Positions 37,807 to 47,809 of a stretch of 64,000 nt of DNA are shown here, one piece after another. The stretch's first letter is position 1; each line of letters starts with the position of its first letter. The position numbers were made by a program, and so were the translations under genes. Under the pieces are notes generated by a model. It ran no database searches, was not told the origin of the DNA, and saw only the letters and a program-made list of their open reading frames with translations. Source of the DNA: Candidatus Bathyarchaeota archaeon (GTDB taxonomy: Archaea > Thermoproteota > Bathyarchaeia > Bathyarchaeales > Bathycorpusculaceae); NCBI GenBank assembly GCA_963775465.1, contig CAVZIW010000004.1, positions 96,001-160,000 of the forward strand, in the 5' to 3' direction.

Positions 37807-38358
37807 CTATTGCAGCGGAATTTCCCAGTAGCTGATTATGTCGCCTTTCACCCATTTGCCGCCTAGACTTCGCACAACTTCGTTTATGTCATCCCATTCA
37901 GTTTTTAAAAAAGTCACGGGCTTAACTATGACATAATCGTCTTTTACAGAGAAGTTGAGTAGTTTCTGTTGATCTGGAGTAAACTCGTTTTCCATTTTCG
38001 ATGCATATCGACTTAATGGTGGCTTAGTATGTCTGGGGATTAGTGGTTTGCTTTCCTCCAAAACTTCGGTTTTGACTGTTATTGTAGGCTTGGGCATAAG
38101 TTCAGGTTCTGAGGCTGAGAGGGTAAGTTCAGGAATCGGAATTGATTCGGCTACGTCAGCAAAACTGTCACTTCTTACAACAAGTAATATTTGTTTTGCA
38201 AACAAGTCCATTTTTGCACTCAATATTTCAGCATCATTTGGTAGATTTTGGGCAAAAGAGGCTTGTTTTGCCTTTAGTAGAGAGATTAAATATTCAGGCG
38301 TTAACTTTATGATTCTTAGTTTCATGATAATTTCTGGTTTGTTTTTATTGGAGCGCAT
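37807..38358 (-). CDS. Hypothetical protein
   Basis: 183-aa ORF co-oriented with its neighbours; C-terminal VRSLGGKWV small domain. Confidence 0.65.
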   Translation of the reverse strand: MRSNKNKPEIIMKLRIIKLTPEYLISLLKAKQASFAQNLPNDAEILSAKMDLFAKQILLVVRSDSFADVAESIPIPELTLSASEPELMPKPTITVKTEVLEESKPLIPRHTKPPLSRYASKMENEFTPDQQKLLNFSVKDDYVIVKPVTFLKTEWDDINEVVRSLGGKWVKGDIISYWEIPLQ

Positions 38359-38417
38359 AACTTAAAAGTATTGGACAGAAATTTGGCAAAAGAAAAGGAA
38401 GGAAAAAGATGTTAGTT

Positions 38418-38999
38418 TTAGTTTTTTTGGCGGTTTCGCCAGTCGGCAAAGTTACCTACGTACATGCCCCATGCTTTTAATTTTGGTGAAATAGCTCTTA
38501 TCAAAGCTGGGCAAGCAATAATGGCTATAGGCAAGTTCAATACAAAGGTTCCCGGCAAAAGAGGCCAAGCGATTTCTGCAGGCAAAAGACCAACAAGTGT
38601 AAATTGCCATAAGATTGCGACCGTTCCTGCGAATAATGTTAAGGCGTAGATGCTTGAGAGTATTGTTATGCCTTTTGCTGAGTTGGCTTTGGAAGCAATT
38701 TTTGGGATAAGCAGCCAGTTTAGGCCATAAATTACTATTGCAGTCGTTACTTCAACCCAAGCTAGATGCAAAGGTAAACCTTCAACGTAAACTCCGCCTA
38801 TGAAGGCGCCGATCATGCTTCCTACTAGACCGCTCCATCCAAACCAGAGTGGAAAGACTCCGAGAAGAATTATTGGAAGGTATAGAACAGTGAAGTTGGG
38901 TACGGGTGTTGCAAATGATAGGAAAAAGAATACTGCGTATAGTGCAGCTGATATGGCGATGATTGAGGCACGTTTTGCGCTGCTTTGTTTTTGAATCAT
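38418..38999 (-). CDS. ECF-transporter S-component-like membrane protein (QueT-like)
   Basis: IAISAALYA start, FG..GLVGSMIGAFIG, about 6 TM. Confidence 0.6.
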   Translation of the reverse strand: MIQKQSSAKRASIIAISAALYAVFFFLSFATPVPNFTVLYLPIILLGVFPLWFGWSGLVGSMIGAFIGGVYVEGLPLHLAWVEVTTAIVIYGLNWLLIPKIASKANSAKGITILSSIYALTLFAGTVAILWQFTLVGLLPAEIAWPLLPGTFVLNLPIAIIACPALIRAISPKLKAWGMYVGNFADWRNRQKN

Positions 39000-39056
39000 T
39001 TATTTTCAATCCTGTTTGACGCTTCAAAGCATGAAATACATAAAAGCATTTCCCAG

Positions 39057-39076
39057 TGTATTACATTTGTAATACA
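39057..39076. promoter_or_regulatory. Palindromic operator candidate TGTATTACA-TT-TGTAATACA
   Basis: Perfect 9-bp inverted repeat in a divergent intergenic region. Confidence 0.55.
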
Positions 39077-39162
39077 TTAACCTTGGGGAGTACCCGACAA
39101 CCAAATATAAAAGATTCAACCAAATCACTTAATCAAAAAGAACCAACCCAGAGAAAACACCC

Positions 39163-40077
39163 TTGAATCAAACATTAACCAAGAAGATCCTCATAGTTAC
39201 AATAGTCTTGCTCATCACCCTAAACCTATACACACTAATCACTGCATACCCTGAAACTTATACACCGAGCCCAGGAATAAACACCGCAGGCGACATACTA
39301 TCCAAAGACTTCTCTGCCTACTACGTCGGCGCGTGGAGGTTTTGGAACAACCCGTCACAAATTTACCATTTCGGCGCACTAGGTGGGAATGAACCAGTTA
39401 CGCCACCGCAGCCTGAAGCCTACAAGTATCTACCCTCTTTTTTGCTCCTTGTTTCCCCATTTCTTATGTTAGATTACCAACAAGCCCTAACAGCTTTTGA
39501 CATCATTCAATTCTTGCTATTGCCCTTGATGGCTTACATGCTCTACAAAATACTTAGAGACAAACATCTGGCAGCAAATGTTGTGGTTATGACTATTGCT
39601 CTGTTACTACCTCTTCCTGGAACGCAATGGGGGTTATTTCCAAGTTATTATTGGCAATGGGGTGAAGGACAAGCCAAAGTCTTCCTAACATTTTTGCTTC
39701 TGCTTAGCTTCTATCTTGGCAAAAGAGGCAGACCCGTCTTGTCAGGCATAGCTTTCGCCTTTGGATTTTTTGATCCCCGATTTGGGCTACTTGCAATCCC
39801 GCTTTACTTAATGTATAATCGACGAAACCTTAAACTTGCAGCTGCCAGCGCAATAGTCTCTTTGGGTTTGTCTAATTTGATTCTTTTTTACCCAGGGCTG
39901 GGAAGCAGTTTCATAGGAATGGCTTTCAACAACGCTGTTGCCACGCCACTGTATTATTACTCCTTGATTCCATTCTTGACTTTGATTGCGCTTATAGCAG
40001 TTAATTTCAAAGAATTGGTCGCAACGTTTGATTACAAAGGTGTATTCGCTAACTTCACAAAACCTTCAAGAAAATAG
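39163..40077 (+). CDS. GT87/DUF2029-like membrane glycosyltransferase (GT-C)
   Basis: KDFSAYY, IY, YKYLP..LLL..PF and EGQ motifs; polytopic. Confidence 0.7.
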   Translation: MNQTLTKKILIVTIVLLITLNLYTLITAYPETYTPSPGINTAGDILSKDFSAYYVGAWRFWNNPSQIYHFGALGGNEPVTPPQPEAYKYLPSFLLLVSPFLMLDYQQALTAFDIIQFLLLPLMAYMLYKILRDKHLAANVVVMTIALLLPLPGTQWGLFPSYYWQWGEGQAKVFLTFLLLLSFYLGKRGRPVLSGIAFAFGFFDPRFGLLAIPLYLMYNRRNLKLAAASAIVSLGLSNLILFYPGLGSSFIGMAFNNAVATPLYYYSLIPFLTLIALIAVNFKELVATFDYKGVFANFTKPSRK

Positions 40078-40166
40078 GTCGTTTTTGTCAGGGAAATCGA
40101 AAGCTTGGATTAATCAATTTGTGAATAGATTGTAAAAAAATGTTTGTCTCATCAGTCAAAAGAAGG

Positions 40167-40745
40167 TTAAATGTGTTGGTTTATCAACTTTACAGTGTCT
40201 ATAACGGTTAAGTCGAATTCGCATTTTGGACAAGTTTTCAGAATTTCATTTTTCCCGCCCAGTTTTAGTGGTTCTCCACAATGACAGCAATAGTAGGTTA
40301 GGATTTGTCCCATTCTAGATAATTGCTCTAAGAGTACATCGATGTCGGTTTCCGGAAGGTTTTGTTTTTTGATTTTTTTGCGCGTTTCTTCTGCTTTTTC
40401 TGGCATTCCTATTTTAGCGTATTCCTCGGCTGCATCCTCAAAGCGTCCAGTCATCTCGAACTTTTTGATCCTTGCTTTAGCTACATTGGCTGGGTCGGGA
40501 TCGTTAGTGAAATATTCGCATTTTAAGTTCTGTAGATAAGGTTCCTCAAGTTCGGTACCAAAGAGTTCACAAGAGTCTATATTGAAGAAAACGCAGGCTA
40601 AACAACTGTTCTTTTTATAAGCGGCATCTAGTGCATTGTAACAGTTAGGACAAACTTCGACTTTCTTACCATCTTTAACAGTGTTTAATGGTATACCACG
40701 GAAACTTTCATCACAAACTTGACATTGGGATTTCATTGTTCTCAA
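40167..40745 (-). CDS. Multi-CxxC hypothetical protein (putative Zn-binding)
   Basis: CQVC, CPNC, CLAC, CCHC and CPKC. Confidence 0.7.
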   Translation of the reverse strand: MRTMKSQCQVCDESFRGIPLNTVKDGKKVEVCPNCYNALDAAYKKNSCLACVFFNIDSCELFGTELEEPYLQNLKCEYFTNDPDPANVAKARIKKFEMTGRFEDAAEEYAKIGMPEKAEETRKKIKKQNLPETDIDVLLEQLSRMGQILTYYCCHCGEPLKLGGKNEILKTCPKCEFDLTVIDTVKLINQHI

Positions 40746-41013
40746 GAGGCTCTGTGAGTCATCATTTATTTGGGTTTCTCAAGAACAAGCAAAATTACCC
40801 TTTTGTTGAAGACAAGTTATATTTGAAACCTAAGAGACTATAAAATTTATGAAATTTCCTTTCAGACAAACCGTGAAAGTAACATTCTGACAAGGTGCAA
40901 TTATTAAAAATGCATCGAGCTATGCAATTTTTTGCAAACAAAATTTAAATAACTATTAATTTATAAATTCTTACTGAAATTTTGTGTTTTATTGCAGAAG
41001 AGGCGAGTGTTAA

Positions 41014-42201
41014 TTGGATATTGAACAAGGAAGAATAAGTCGAATTCATGATTATTCTATGAATTTTGATTACTTAAAATCGAGGTTGACTGAGTTACGT
41101 GAAAATCATCCTTCAGGGGTAATAATTCCACTCATTGAAAGTGATCTTGAAACGCCCGCAATCGAAAAAATAATTGACGGGTTAAACAAATGCGATTACC
41201 TAAAAAAAACATACATTGCTTTATCTGCAAAAACTGAAAACGGGTACGATAAAGCAGTCAACTCTTTCTCTAAGTTAGAAGGTCCACATGATATAGTGTG
41301 GTGCAATAATCAAAATGTAGCAAATGTTTTGGGTGAACTAAGAAAAAAAGGGCTTGATGTCACTAATTTACAAGGAAAAGGAAAAGATCTTTGGATAGCG
41401 CTTGGAATCGCGTCACTTGAACTTCAAGCAATCGCAATTCATGATGCGGATATAACAACTTACTCAGAGCTGTTACCGACCAAGCTTCTTTATTCAGTGG
41501 TTGAACCACGATTAGATTTTTGGTTTGCTAAAGGCTACTACGCGCGAATCAGTCTTGAAAAAAGGTTAATCTATGGAAGGATATACCGTTTATTCATTAA
41601 TCCATTACTGGAAGCGCTCCATAAGAAAATGCCCCAAAAATCGGCATTCGTTCGTTACTTGCAATCTTTTAGATATACACTTTCAGGTGAAATGGCAATA
41701 TTTACTGATATAGCATTGAATCTGAGAATTCCAAGCGGTTGGGGTTTAGAAATAGGGATCCTATCTGAGCTCTACAGGAACGCTTCAAGCAAACGGATAT
41801 GTGAGGTTGATCTGGGCTTCTTTGACCATAAGCACAAACCAATTGACCCCGATGCATTGATAAAAACTGCTGAAACAAGTTTGATTACGTTGCTTAGAAC
41901 CTTAACAGAAACCGAAGCAATTAACATATCTAACTCATCACTTTTGAGCCTTCAAGTTACTTATCGAAGGTTTGCGCAGGATAGAATTCGTCAATATTAT
42001 GCTGATGCGATATGTAATGACTTAAATTATGATAGGCATGCAGAAGAAACGTGTGTGGAACTATTATCGGATGCGATAATTACTGCTGGACAACAGTATA
42101 TGAAATGCCCCACTGGCGCCCAGTTGCCTGATTGGCTCCGAACATTGTCGGCAATGAGTGATGCACGACAGAAACTAAGAGATGCCGCGATTCAAAAATG
42201 A
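41014..42201 (+). CDS. gpgS: Glucosyl-3-phosphoglycerate synthase (GpgS-type)
   Basis: GKGKDLWIALG, HDADI, KGYYARI, YGRIYRLF..PL, FRYTLSGE, WGLEIG, DHKH; followed by the cognate phosphatase. Confidence 0.75.
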   Translation: MDIEQGRISRIHDYSMNFDYLKSRLTELRENHPSGVIIPLIESDLETPAIEKIIDGLNKCDYLKKTYIALSAKTENGYDKAVNSFSKLEGPHDIVWCNNQNVANVLGELRKKGLDVTNLQGKGKDLWIALGIASLELQAIAIHDADITTYSELLPTKLLYSVVEPRLDFWFAKGYYARISLEKRLIYGRIYRLFINPLLEALHKKMPQKSAFVRYLQSFRYTLSGEMAIFTDIALNLRIPSGWGLEIGILSELYRNASSKRICEVDLGFFDHKHKPIDPDALIKTAETSLITLLRTLTETEAINISNSSLLSLQVTYRRFAQDRIRQYYADAICNDLNYDRHAEETCVELLSDAIITAGQQYMKCPTGAQLPDWLRTLSAMSDARQKLRDAAIQK

Positions 42202-42944
42202 TCTCTTCAAAAATAGTAATCTTTAGTGACATTGATGGAACCGTCATCGATGACAATTATAGTTTAAGAGAAACTGAAATCATCATTTCTGAAATATTAG
42301 AAAAACAAGTTAATTTCGTTCTATGTAGCAGTAAAACGAGAGCAGAAATAGAATATTATAGAAACCAATTAGGCATAAAAGATCCCTTCATTTCAGAGAA
42401 CGGCGCGGCGATCTTTATTCCGAAGGGGTACTTTGATTTTTCTTATGATTACTCGAAACAAACCAGCGAGTTTGACGTTATAGAATTAGGCTTGGCTTAT
42501 TCAGAAATTAGAGAAAAAATTAGGGTAATAGAAGAAAAAGGGTCTTTTAAGATAGTTGGTTTTGGGGATATGACTGCGGAGGAAGTTTCGAAAGGCACTG
42601 GACTTCCCCTCGATCTAGCAATGCTGGCTAAGCAAAGAGAGTATAGTGAGCCTTGCATCATTTATGGGAAAAATGAAGAGGAGTTCTCCGGTTTACTAAG
42701 AAACGAAGGTTTGCGTTATGAAAAAGGAAAAAAATACTACAACCTAATTGGAATTCATGATAAAGGAAAAGCTGTTGCACGTCTTAAGGATCTTTATGTT
42801 TCTAAGTTTGGAGCGATCAAGAGTTTCGCAGTAGGTAACGATAGAAATGATATTTCGATGTTAAAGATTTCAGATTGTTCCTTTTTTGTTGAAAAAGAGC
42901 AAAGCCTTAAGACTGTCTGGACTCGTGTTTACAGCAGCCTATAA
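42198..42944 (+). CDS. gpgP: Glucosyl/mannosyl-3-phosphoglycerate phosphatase (HAD IIB)
   Basis: FSDIDGT, CSSKTRAE, PFISENG, AKQREYSEP, DKGKAV, GNDRND; 4-nt overlap with the synthase. Confidence 0.8.
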   Translation: MISSKIVIFSDIDGTVIDDNYSLRETEIIISEILEKQVNFVLCSSKTRAEIEYYRNQLGIKDPFISENGAAIFIPKGYFDFSYDYSKQTSEFDVIELGLAYSEIREKIRVIEEKGSFKIVGFGDMTAEEVSKGTGLPLDLAMLAKQREYSEPCIIYGKNEEEFSGLLRNEGLRYEKGKKYYNLIGIHDKGKAVARLKDLYVSKFGAIKSFAVGNDRNDISMLKISDCSFFVEKEQSLKTVWTRVYSSL

Positions 42945-43015
42945 ATACGATCTTCAACTTTCGAATTGGTTAATTAAAATGTTTTTTTGTAAATGTGAGA
43001 GACAACTTTTCTTCC

Positions 43016-43327
43016 TTATTTCGGTGGTTCGTTTATGACTAGAATAATTTTTTCTACAGTGGAATCGCATATTTTTCGGATTCCTCTTTTTCCTCGTTCA
43101 TAAGTAATGTTGATTAAGCCTAGATCTTCTAGGGCGCGAACTTGCTCACTTATGTAGGCTTCGCTTAATCCTATTTTCTTGGCTATCGTTGTAATGTCTA
43201 AACGTTCCGTTGATAATATTTGAAGCATCAAGAAAGTCGTAGTGTTTAGCGCTTCAGCTAGGGTCAGCGCTTTTTCTCCAGACACTATTACTTCTTTGGG
43301 AGATGGCAGAGTTTCACCGGTAACCAA
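43016..43327 (-). CDS. ArsR-like winged-HTH regulator
   Basis: AEAL...LQIL...ITTIAKKIGLSEAYISEQVRALEDLGLI. Confidence 0.8.
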   Translation of the reverse strand: MVTGETLPSPKEVIVSGEKALTLAEALNTTTFLMLQILSTERLDITTIAKKIGLSEAYISEQVRALEDLGLINITYERGKRGIRKICDSTVEKIILVINEPPK

Positions 43328-43509
43328 TATACTTTCCAGTTGTATTAATCGATTACTCTTTTTCGTAAAGAAATTAATTATATTTTGACTATTTTACAAC
43401 AATAAGCATTTAGTCAAAAGTTCTCGAATACTTTTTTTATTTTTGACTTGCGAATCATTTTTAAAAAATGGGTGCATAAGAATCGTGACAAAAGACTTTG
43501 GGATTGCCA

Positions 43510-44745
43510 ATGAGTGAAAATCAATCAGCATTATCTTTAGATGCACACATTTATCTCCACGATATAGAAAGAGCAGATATTTTGGTTGGGATTCCAGCGT
43601 TCAATAATGTACTTACAGCTAGCTATGTCCTCTCTCAAGTGGTCAAAGGATTAGACACATACTTTCCAACATTGAGATCAGTAATTTTTGTTTCAGATGG
43701 AAACTCAAACGATGACACCCTAACTTCTGTCAAGAAGATTAACTTGCCTTCGGAAGTTAAGCTAATTCCAGCTATTTATATGGGGCTTTCAGGCAAAGGA
43801 ACAGCGGTTAGAGCAATATTTGAAGCAGCGACTCACCTGAAAGTTAAGAGCGTTGCGCTTGTCGATTCAGATTTACGTAGCATAACTCCTGAATGGATGA
43901 AACTGTTAATTACGCCTACCTTGGGTGGAACAGGTTTTGTGGCTCCTTACTACAATCGTCGCAAGTATGATGGAACAATAACTAACTTCTTGTGCTATCC
44001 AGTGACGACAAGCTTGTTTGGTAAGGATATAAGACAACCTATAGGTGGCGACTTCGGATTATCAATAGATTTAGTGCAAGACCTGTTAGACTCCCCGATC
44101 TGGAAAAATCCGGATGTTTACCGTTTTGGGATAGACATCTTTGAAACTTGTACTGCGTTAGCGAAGGGGTATGAGGTCAAAGAAGCCTTCTTGGGGGTAA
44201 AGAACCATGATGCCAAAGATCCATCCAGTCAGTTAGCATCAATGTTTAGACAAGTCATGAATGTTATGTTTAGCTGTATTGAATATTATGAACCAGTATG
44301 GAAGGACACAAAGGGCGTTTCTAAGGTCGAAATGTTTGGTGAATCTAAAAATAGCTCTACACCCGAACCCATCCCAGTCTCTTTACCTGAAACAATTGAA
44401 GCTTTCAGAAGCAAGTATGACCAGTACAAAATCTTCTACCAATCATTTCTAGAACAGAAAATTCAAGAAAAGTTTGAGGAAATAAAGCAAATAGAAACCT
44501 GTTCGGTTGATTTTTCTTCGGAAATTTGGGCTAAAACAGTCTATTCGTTTATTGCTGAATTCCATCAGAACCCCAGCTATGGAAAAGACAAACTCATCGA
44601 TGCACTGCGTGTGCTTTGGATCGGCAGAGTTGCCGTTTTCTTAAAAGAAACTGCGGATCTAACCAGAGAGGAAGCGGAGCTTAAAATAGCGGAAGAAGCA
44701 AAGGTATTCCAAGATTTGAAAGGTTACCTTATCGCGAAATACTAG
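43510..44745 (+). CDS. Glucosylglycerate-synthase-like (Ggs/Mgs-related) glycosyltransferase, paralog 1
   Basis: DILVGIP..NN, SDG.S.D.T, GKGTA, VDSDLRSI, RRKYDGTITN, RQPIGGDFG, FGIDI. Confidence 0.72.
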   Translation: MSENQSALSLDAHIYLHDIERADILVGIPAFNNVLTASYVLSQVVKGLDTYFPTLRSVIFVSDGNSNDDTLTSVKKINLPSEVKLIPAIYMGLSGKGTAVRAIFEAATHLKVKSVALVDSDLRSITPEWMKLLITPTLGGTGFVAPYYNRRKYDGTITNFLCYPVTTSLFGKDIRQPIGGDFGLSIDLVQDLLDSPIWKNPDVYRFGIDIFETCTALAKGYEVKEAFLGVKNHDAKDPSSQLASMFRQVMNVMFSCIEYYEPVWKDTKGVSKVEMFGESKNSSTPEPIPVSLPETIEAFRSKYDQYKIFYQSFLEQKIQEKFEEIKQIETCSVDFSSEIWAKTVYSFIAEFHQNPSYGKDKLIDALRVLWIGRVAVFLKETADLTREEAELKIAEEAKVFQDLKGYLIAKY

Positions 44746-44955
44746 ATTTTTATTTTTAAAGCACAAATAGCTCTACTTTTTACCTTTTTTCATGTTAGTG
44801 ATAATAGTATTTTAGAAATGTCTTACCAATTCAATCATTTGTTAGATACTTGTTGCTCTGGCTTTTTTCAAACATAAGTTATTGTCTAGTAGCTCTGTTT
44901 TAGGAAAAATTCTTAAGCTATTAAAAGTAAAATTTGAGTTGATAGGAAAATCAAC

Positions 44956-45723
44956 ATGTCTCAAGAAGAAGAACACTATCAGACTTTTGTAAATTTAGGG
45001 CTTACTTATCTTCAAGCAAAAGTGTATGTAACATTACTCAGACTGGGAGATGTTGGAACGGAGGTAAGAAAAATCGCCAGTGCCTCAGCGATTGCTCGTC
45101 AAGATGTGTACAGAATTTTACCTGTGCTTCAAAAAATGGGGCTTGTAGAGAAAGTTGTTGCAATTCCTACAATCTATAGACCTATACCATTGGAAGAGGG
45201 AATTTCTAAATTAATGAAAAAGAGGACTAAAGAGTATCAAGATGTTCAAAAGAAAGCAAAGTTTCTTTTAGAGAATTTCGTGGCTCCAGAAGTAGAACCT
45301 AAAGAGGATTCATCACAATTCGTTATTACGTCCGAGAGATCTCTTTTTCTGAAAAGAGTCAGAGAAGATACCGCTAAAACAGAATCATCTATAGATATTA
45401 TTTACGGTGATGAAAGGTTAAGGACAATTGTATTTCATACGTTTGATGAGTTTCAGAAAGCAAGCGCAAGAGGGATAAAGATACGAGCGATAACGTACAA
45501 AACGGAGGAGGAGCCATTAGATAAAAATCTCCAAATTTTGTCAAGCAAAGCTACCTTTGACCTTCGATTTATCAACAGAGACATTCCAGTTGGTTTAGTT
45601 ATTTTTGATAATACAAAAGTGAATATTCGTACAATGCGTAGCATAGTTCCTAGTTTATGGACAAATAACGGTAATGTCGTTAGATTGTCTAAATTCTATT
45701 TTGACTGTTTATGGGAAATGTAA
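44956..45723 (+). CDS. TrmB-family transcriptional regulator
   Basis: LGLTYLQAKVY..LL, IARQDVYRIL..L...GLV HTH; effector domain with RGIKIRAI and IFD. Confidence 0.85.
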   Translation: MSQEEEHYQTFVNLGLTYLQAKVYVTLLRLGDVGTEVRKIASASAIARQDVYRILPVLQKMGLVEKVVAIPTIYRPIPLEEGISKLMKKRTKEYQDVQKKAKFLLENFVAPEVEPKEDSSQFVITSERSLFLKRVREDTAKTESSIDIIYGDERLRTIVFHTFDEFQKASARGIKIRAITYKTEEEPLDKNLQILSSKATFDLRFINRDIPVGLVIFDNTKVNIRTMRSIVPSLWTNNGNVVRLSKFYFDCLWEM

Positions 45724-45862
45724 ACAGTTGCAGTTAGTGCTTCTTACTGGAAAAATAACGTAAATTTTTTGGGTAAATCATATTTAAAGTTGGCAGTTAA
45801 GCTAATTATTAGTTTTATTGAATGTCGAAGGCATAAACTAAATACTTGAGAAAGATTACGTT

Positions 45863-46729
45863 TTGTCTATGGGATACCAGCCGCGGAAAAAGCTGTCAAG
45901 AGACGCAATTCATCAGTACAGAAAGCCTCTTCGGGAAAAAAGCAAAAATAGAAAATGTATCCGTAACCTTCATGGAAGTCCGCCGGCTGAAAAGGCACAA
46001 ATTTTTACTGAAAAAGAAATTTCGGAGGCAACCCTCAGGCGATTACATACCTTAGGAAGTCAAAAATTTGGTTCTTCTCCATTCAGTGAGCATTTTAACC
46101 GCTGGTTGATGAATGTATCCATCGTGCTAGATGAGTTTCAGGCGCACCCAAATATAAATGTGGACAAACAATTCGTAACGGAATGTAATCAAACGCTCTC
46201 CACCATTAATTTTCAACTTAAAGCAAGACATCGCCAAGAAACTTCGCTTGATCAGGAACTAAAAAATTTGGCATATTACAGAGAACGCCTAAAACAAATC
46301 AATACAGAATATTCAATCGAGGCTTCAAAGATTAAGGGTCAAAAAAATAGAGAAATCAGGCGTCTTAACAGCAGCATAAATCGTTTAAAAAGAGAACAAG
46401 ACGAAGTTATTCGGATGAAAACGGGTCTTTTTCGAAGCGTCTCAAAGAAAGACAGGGAACAGAGAGAAATCGTGATAGTAGAGGAATTGAATAATAAGCA
46501 AACAGAACTCGAAATGGTTATTTTAGATTTCAAAAATCAACAAAAAATTCTTCAAGACAATTATGAAAAAAACAAAGAGCCCGTTCTTGACCAGATATAT
46601 GATTTTAAGAAAAAAATTCGGCATATGGACGCGGACGGTTCTTTGGAAGAGCGATGGTTTGCTTGTGAAGCACTCATCGATTCGATAAACAGTTTTTTAC
46701 AAAGAAAAGCAACAACTAAGTTACCCTAA
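45863..46729 (+). CDS. Hypothetical coiled-coil protein
   Basis: 288-aa ORF, basic N-terminus and long heptad-like helical region. Confidence 0.65.
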   Translation: MSMGYQPRKKLSRDAIHQYRKPLREKSKNRKCIRNLHGSPPAEKAQIFTEKEISEATLRRLHTLGSQKFGSSPFSEHFNRWLMNVSIVLDEFQAHPNINVDKQFVTECNQTLSTINFQLKARHRQETSLDQELKNLAYYRERLKQINTEYSIEASKIKGQKNREIRRLNSSINRLKREQDEVIRMKTGLFRSVSKKDREQREIVIVEELNNKQTELEMVILDFKNQQKILQDNYEKNKEPVLDQIYDFKKKIRHMDADGSLEERWFACEALIDSINSFLQRKATTKLP

Positions 46730-46795
46730 AAAAGTTAATAGTTGTAAAAATCAAGAAGAAATAAAGAATATTGTCAAACTTTGCGATATTTTGGT

Positions 46796-46921
46796 TTAGC
46801 CATCTATTAAATGGACTGTGCCATCTGGACAGTAGACCTTTTCTCCGACAGATGTTTTCTTATAACGTCTTTTACATTCAGAAGACATTTGAGAGCATCC
46901 GTCGCAATCTCGTGATAACAT
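46796..46921 (-). CDS. 41-aa Cys/His microprotein (not in ORF track)
   Basis: Hand translation MLSRDCDGCSQMSSECKRRYKKTSVGEKVYCPDGTVHLIDG*; GAGGCG RBS-like sequence upstream. Confidence 0.65.
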   Translation of the reverse strand: MLSRDCDGCSQMSSECKRRYKKTSVGEKVYCPDGTVHLIDG

Positions 46922-47239
46922 TTTATCGCCTCTTTAATTGAATCTGAATATTTAAGATTAAAGTTGGAAGAAATAAACGTTTCGAACCAACAATCTTGAT
47001 TTCAACGAACATCTACCAAGTTAAAAGTTGATCTGAGAATTAGCTAAAACTTCGGTTTTACTCATAAAACTTACCAACGCGTTAGTTCTTTAATAAGCCT
47101 ATACATAATCTAATTGGCAGCAGTGCTTTTTAAGCGCATATAAATCAAGAAAAGAAGGGTGCATAAAGAGCAGAAAAAAATAACCATTTATCTTTTTTGC
47201 TTCTCATGTTCTAGCGTATGATTAAAAAATGAAAAAGAA

Positions 47240-47524
47240 TTATGGGGGTTTAAGATAAATGTGAAGCTGCCCCTTTGAAACCTGAAGGTCAACTCTATTC
47301 TTTGAAGTACAACATTTAGAAGCTGGTCCAACAGCCGAAATAGCCAATAGGTTTTTAAATTTGCTATTTACGCCAATTATCTCTTTTGCTGCCTCTTTAG
47401 TTAATTCGATTTCAAAATGAGTTATTTTCCACTCTTCAGCATCGATAATTACGTCTGTAACAATACCCACTTTTAGGTTTTCAACATAGATTTCTTTATA
47501 GAGTAATTCGTAACGGAAATTCAT
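47240..47524 (-). CDS. PRC-barrel domain protein
   Basis: ELLYKEIY...KVGIVTDVIIDAEEWKITHFEI. Confidence 0.7.
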   Translation of the reverse strand: MNFRYELLYKEIYVENLKVGIVTDVIIDAEEWKITHFEIELTKEAAKEIIGVNSKFKNLLAISAVGPASKCCTSKNRVDLQVSKGQLHIYLKPP

Positions 47525-47809
47525 AGTGTATCAGACACTCCACCAGACGTTATATCGATGATTTATTAATAAAACTTACCAAAACCATAATAGATTTTCA
47601 GTTCTTATTTTTCTATTTCATTGTTAGCTTATCAAAACTGCTTTTCGGTAACCTTCATATTAGCCTAGTTTATGAAAACGTATCTCTTTTCAAATTCTAC
47701 CATATTGTACTATCTTGTGCAAGTTTTCAAAGATAGCAGATACTTGCCACCTAAACCAATTAAAGTATAAATTAATTCAAAAAAGTCCTTAAAAAAAGGA
47801 AGGGGTTGT

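Noticed and set aside
39000-39160. preQ1 riboswitch upstream of the QueT-like gene
   Set aside because: No preQ1 consensus seen and the leader is short; the dyad is better explained as a protein operator
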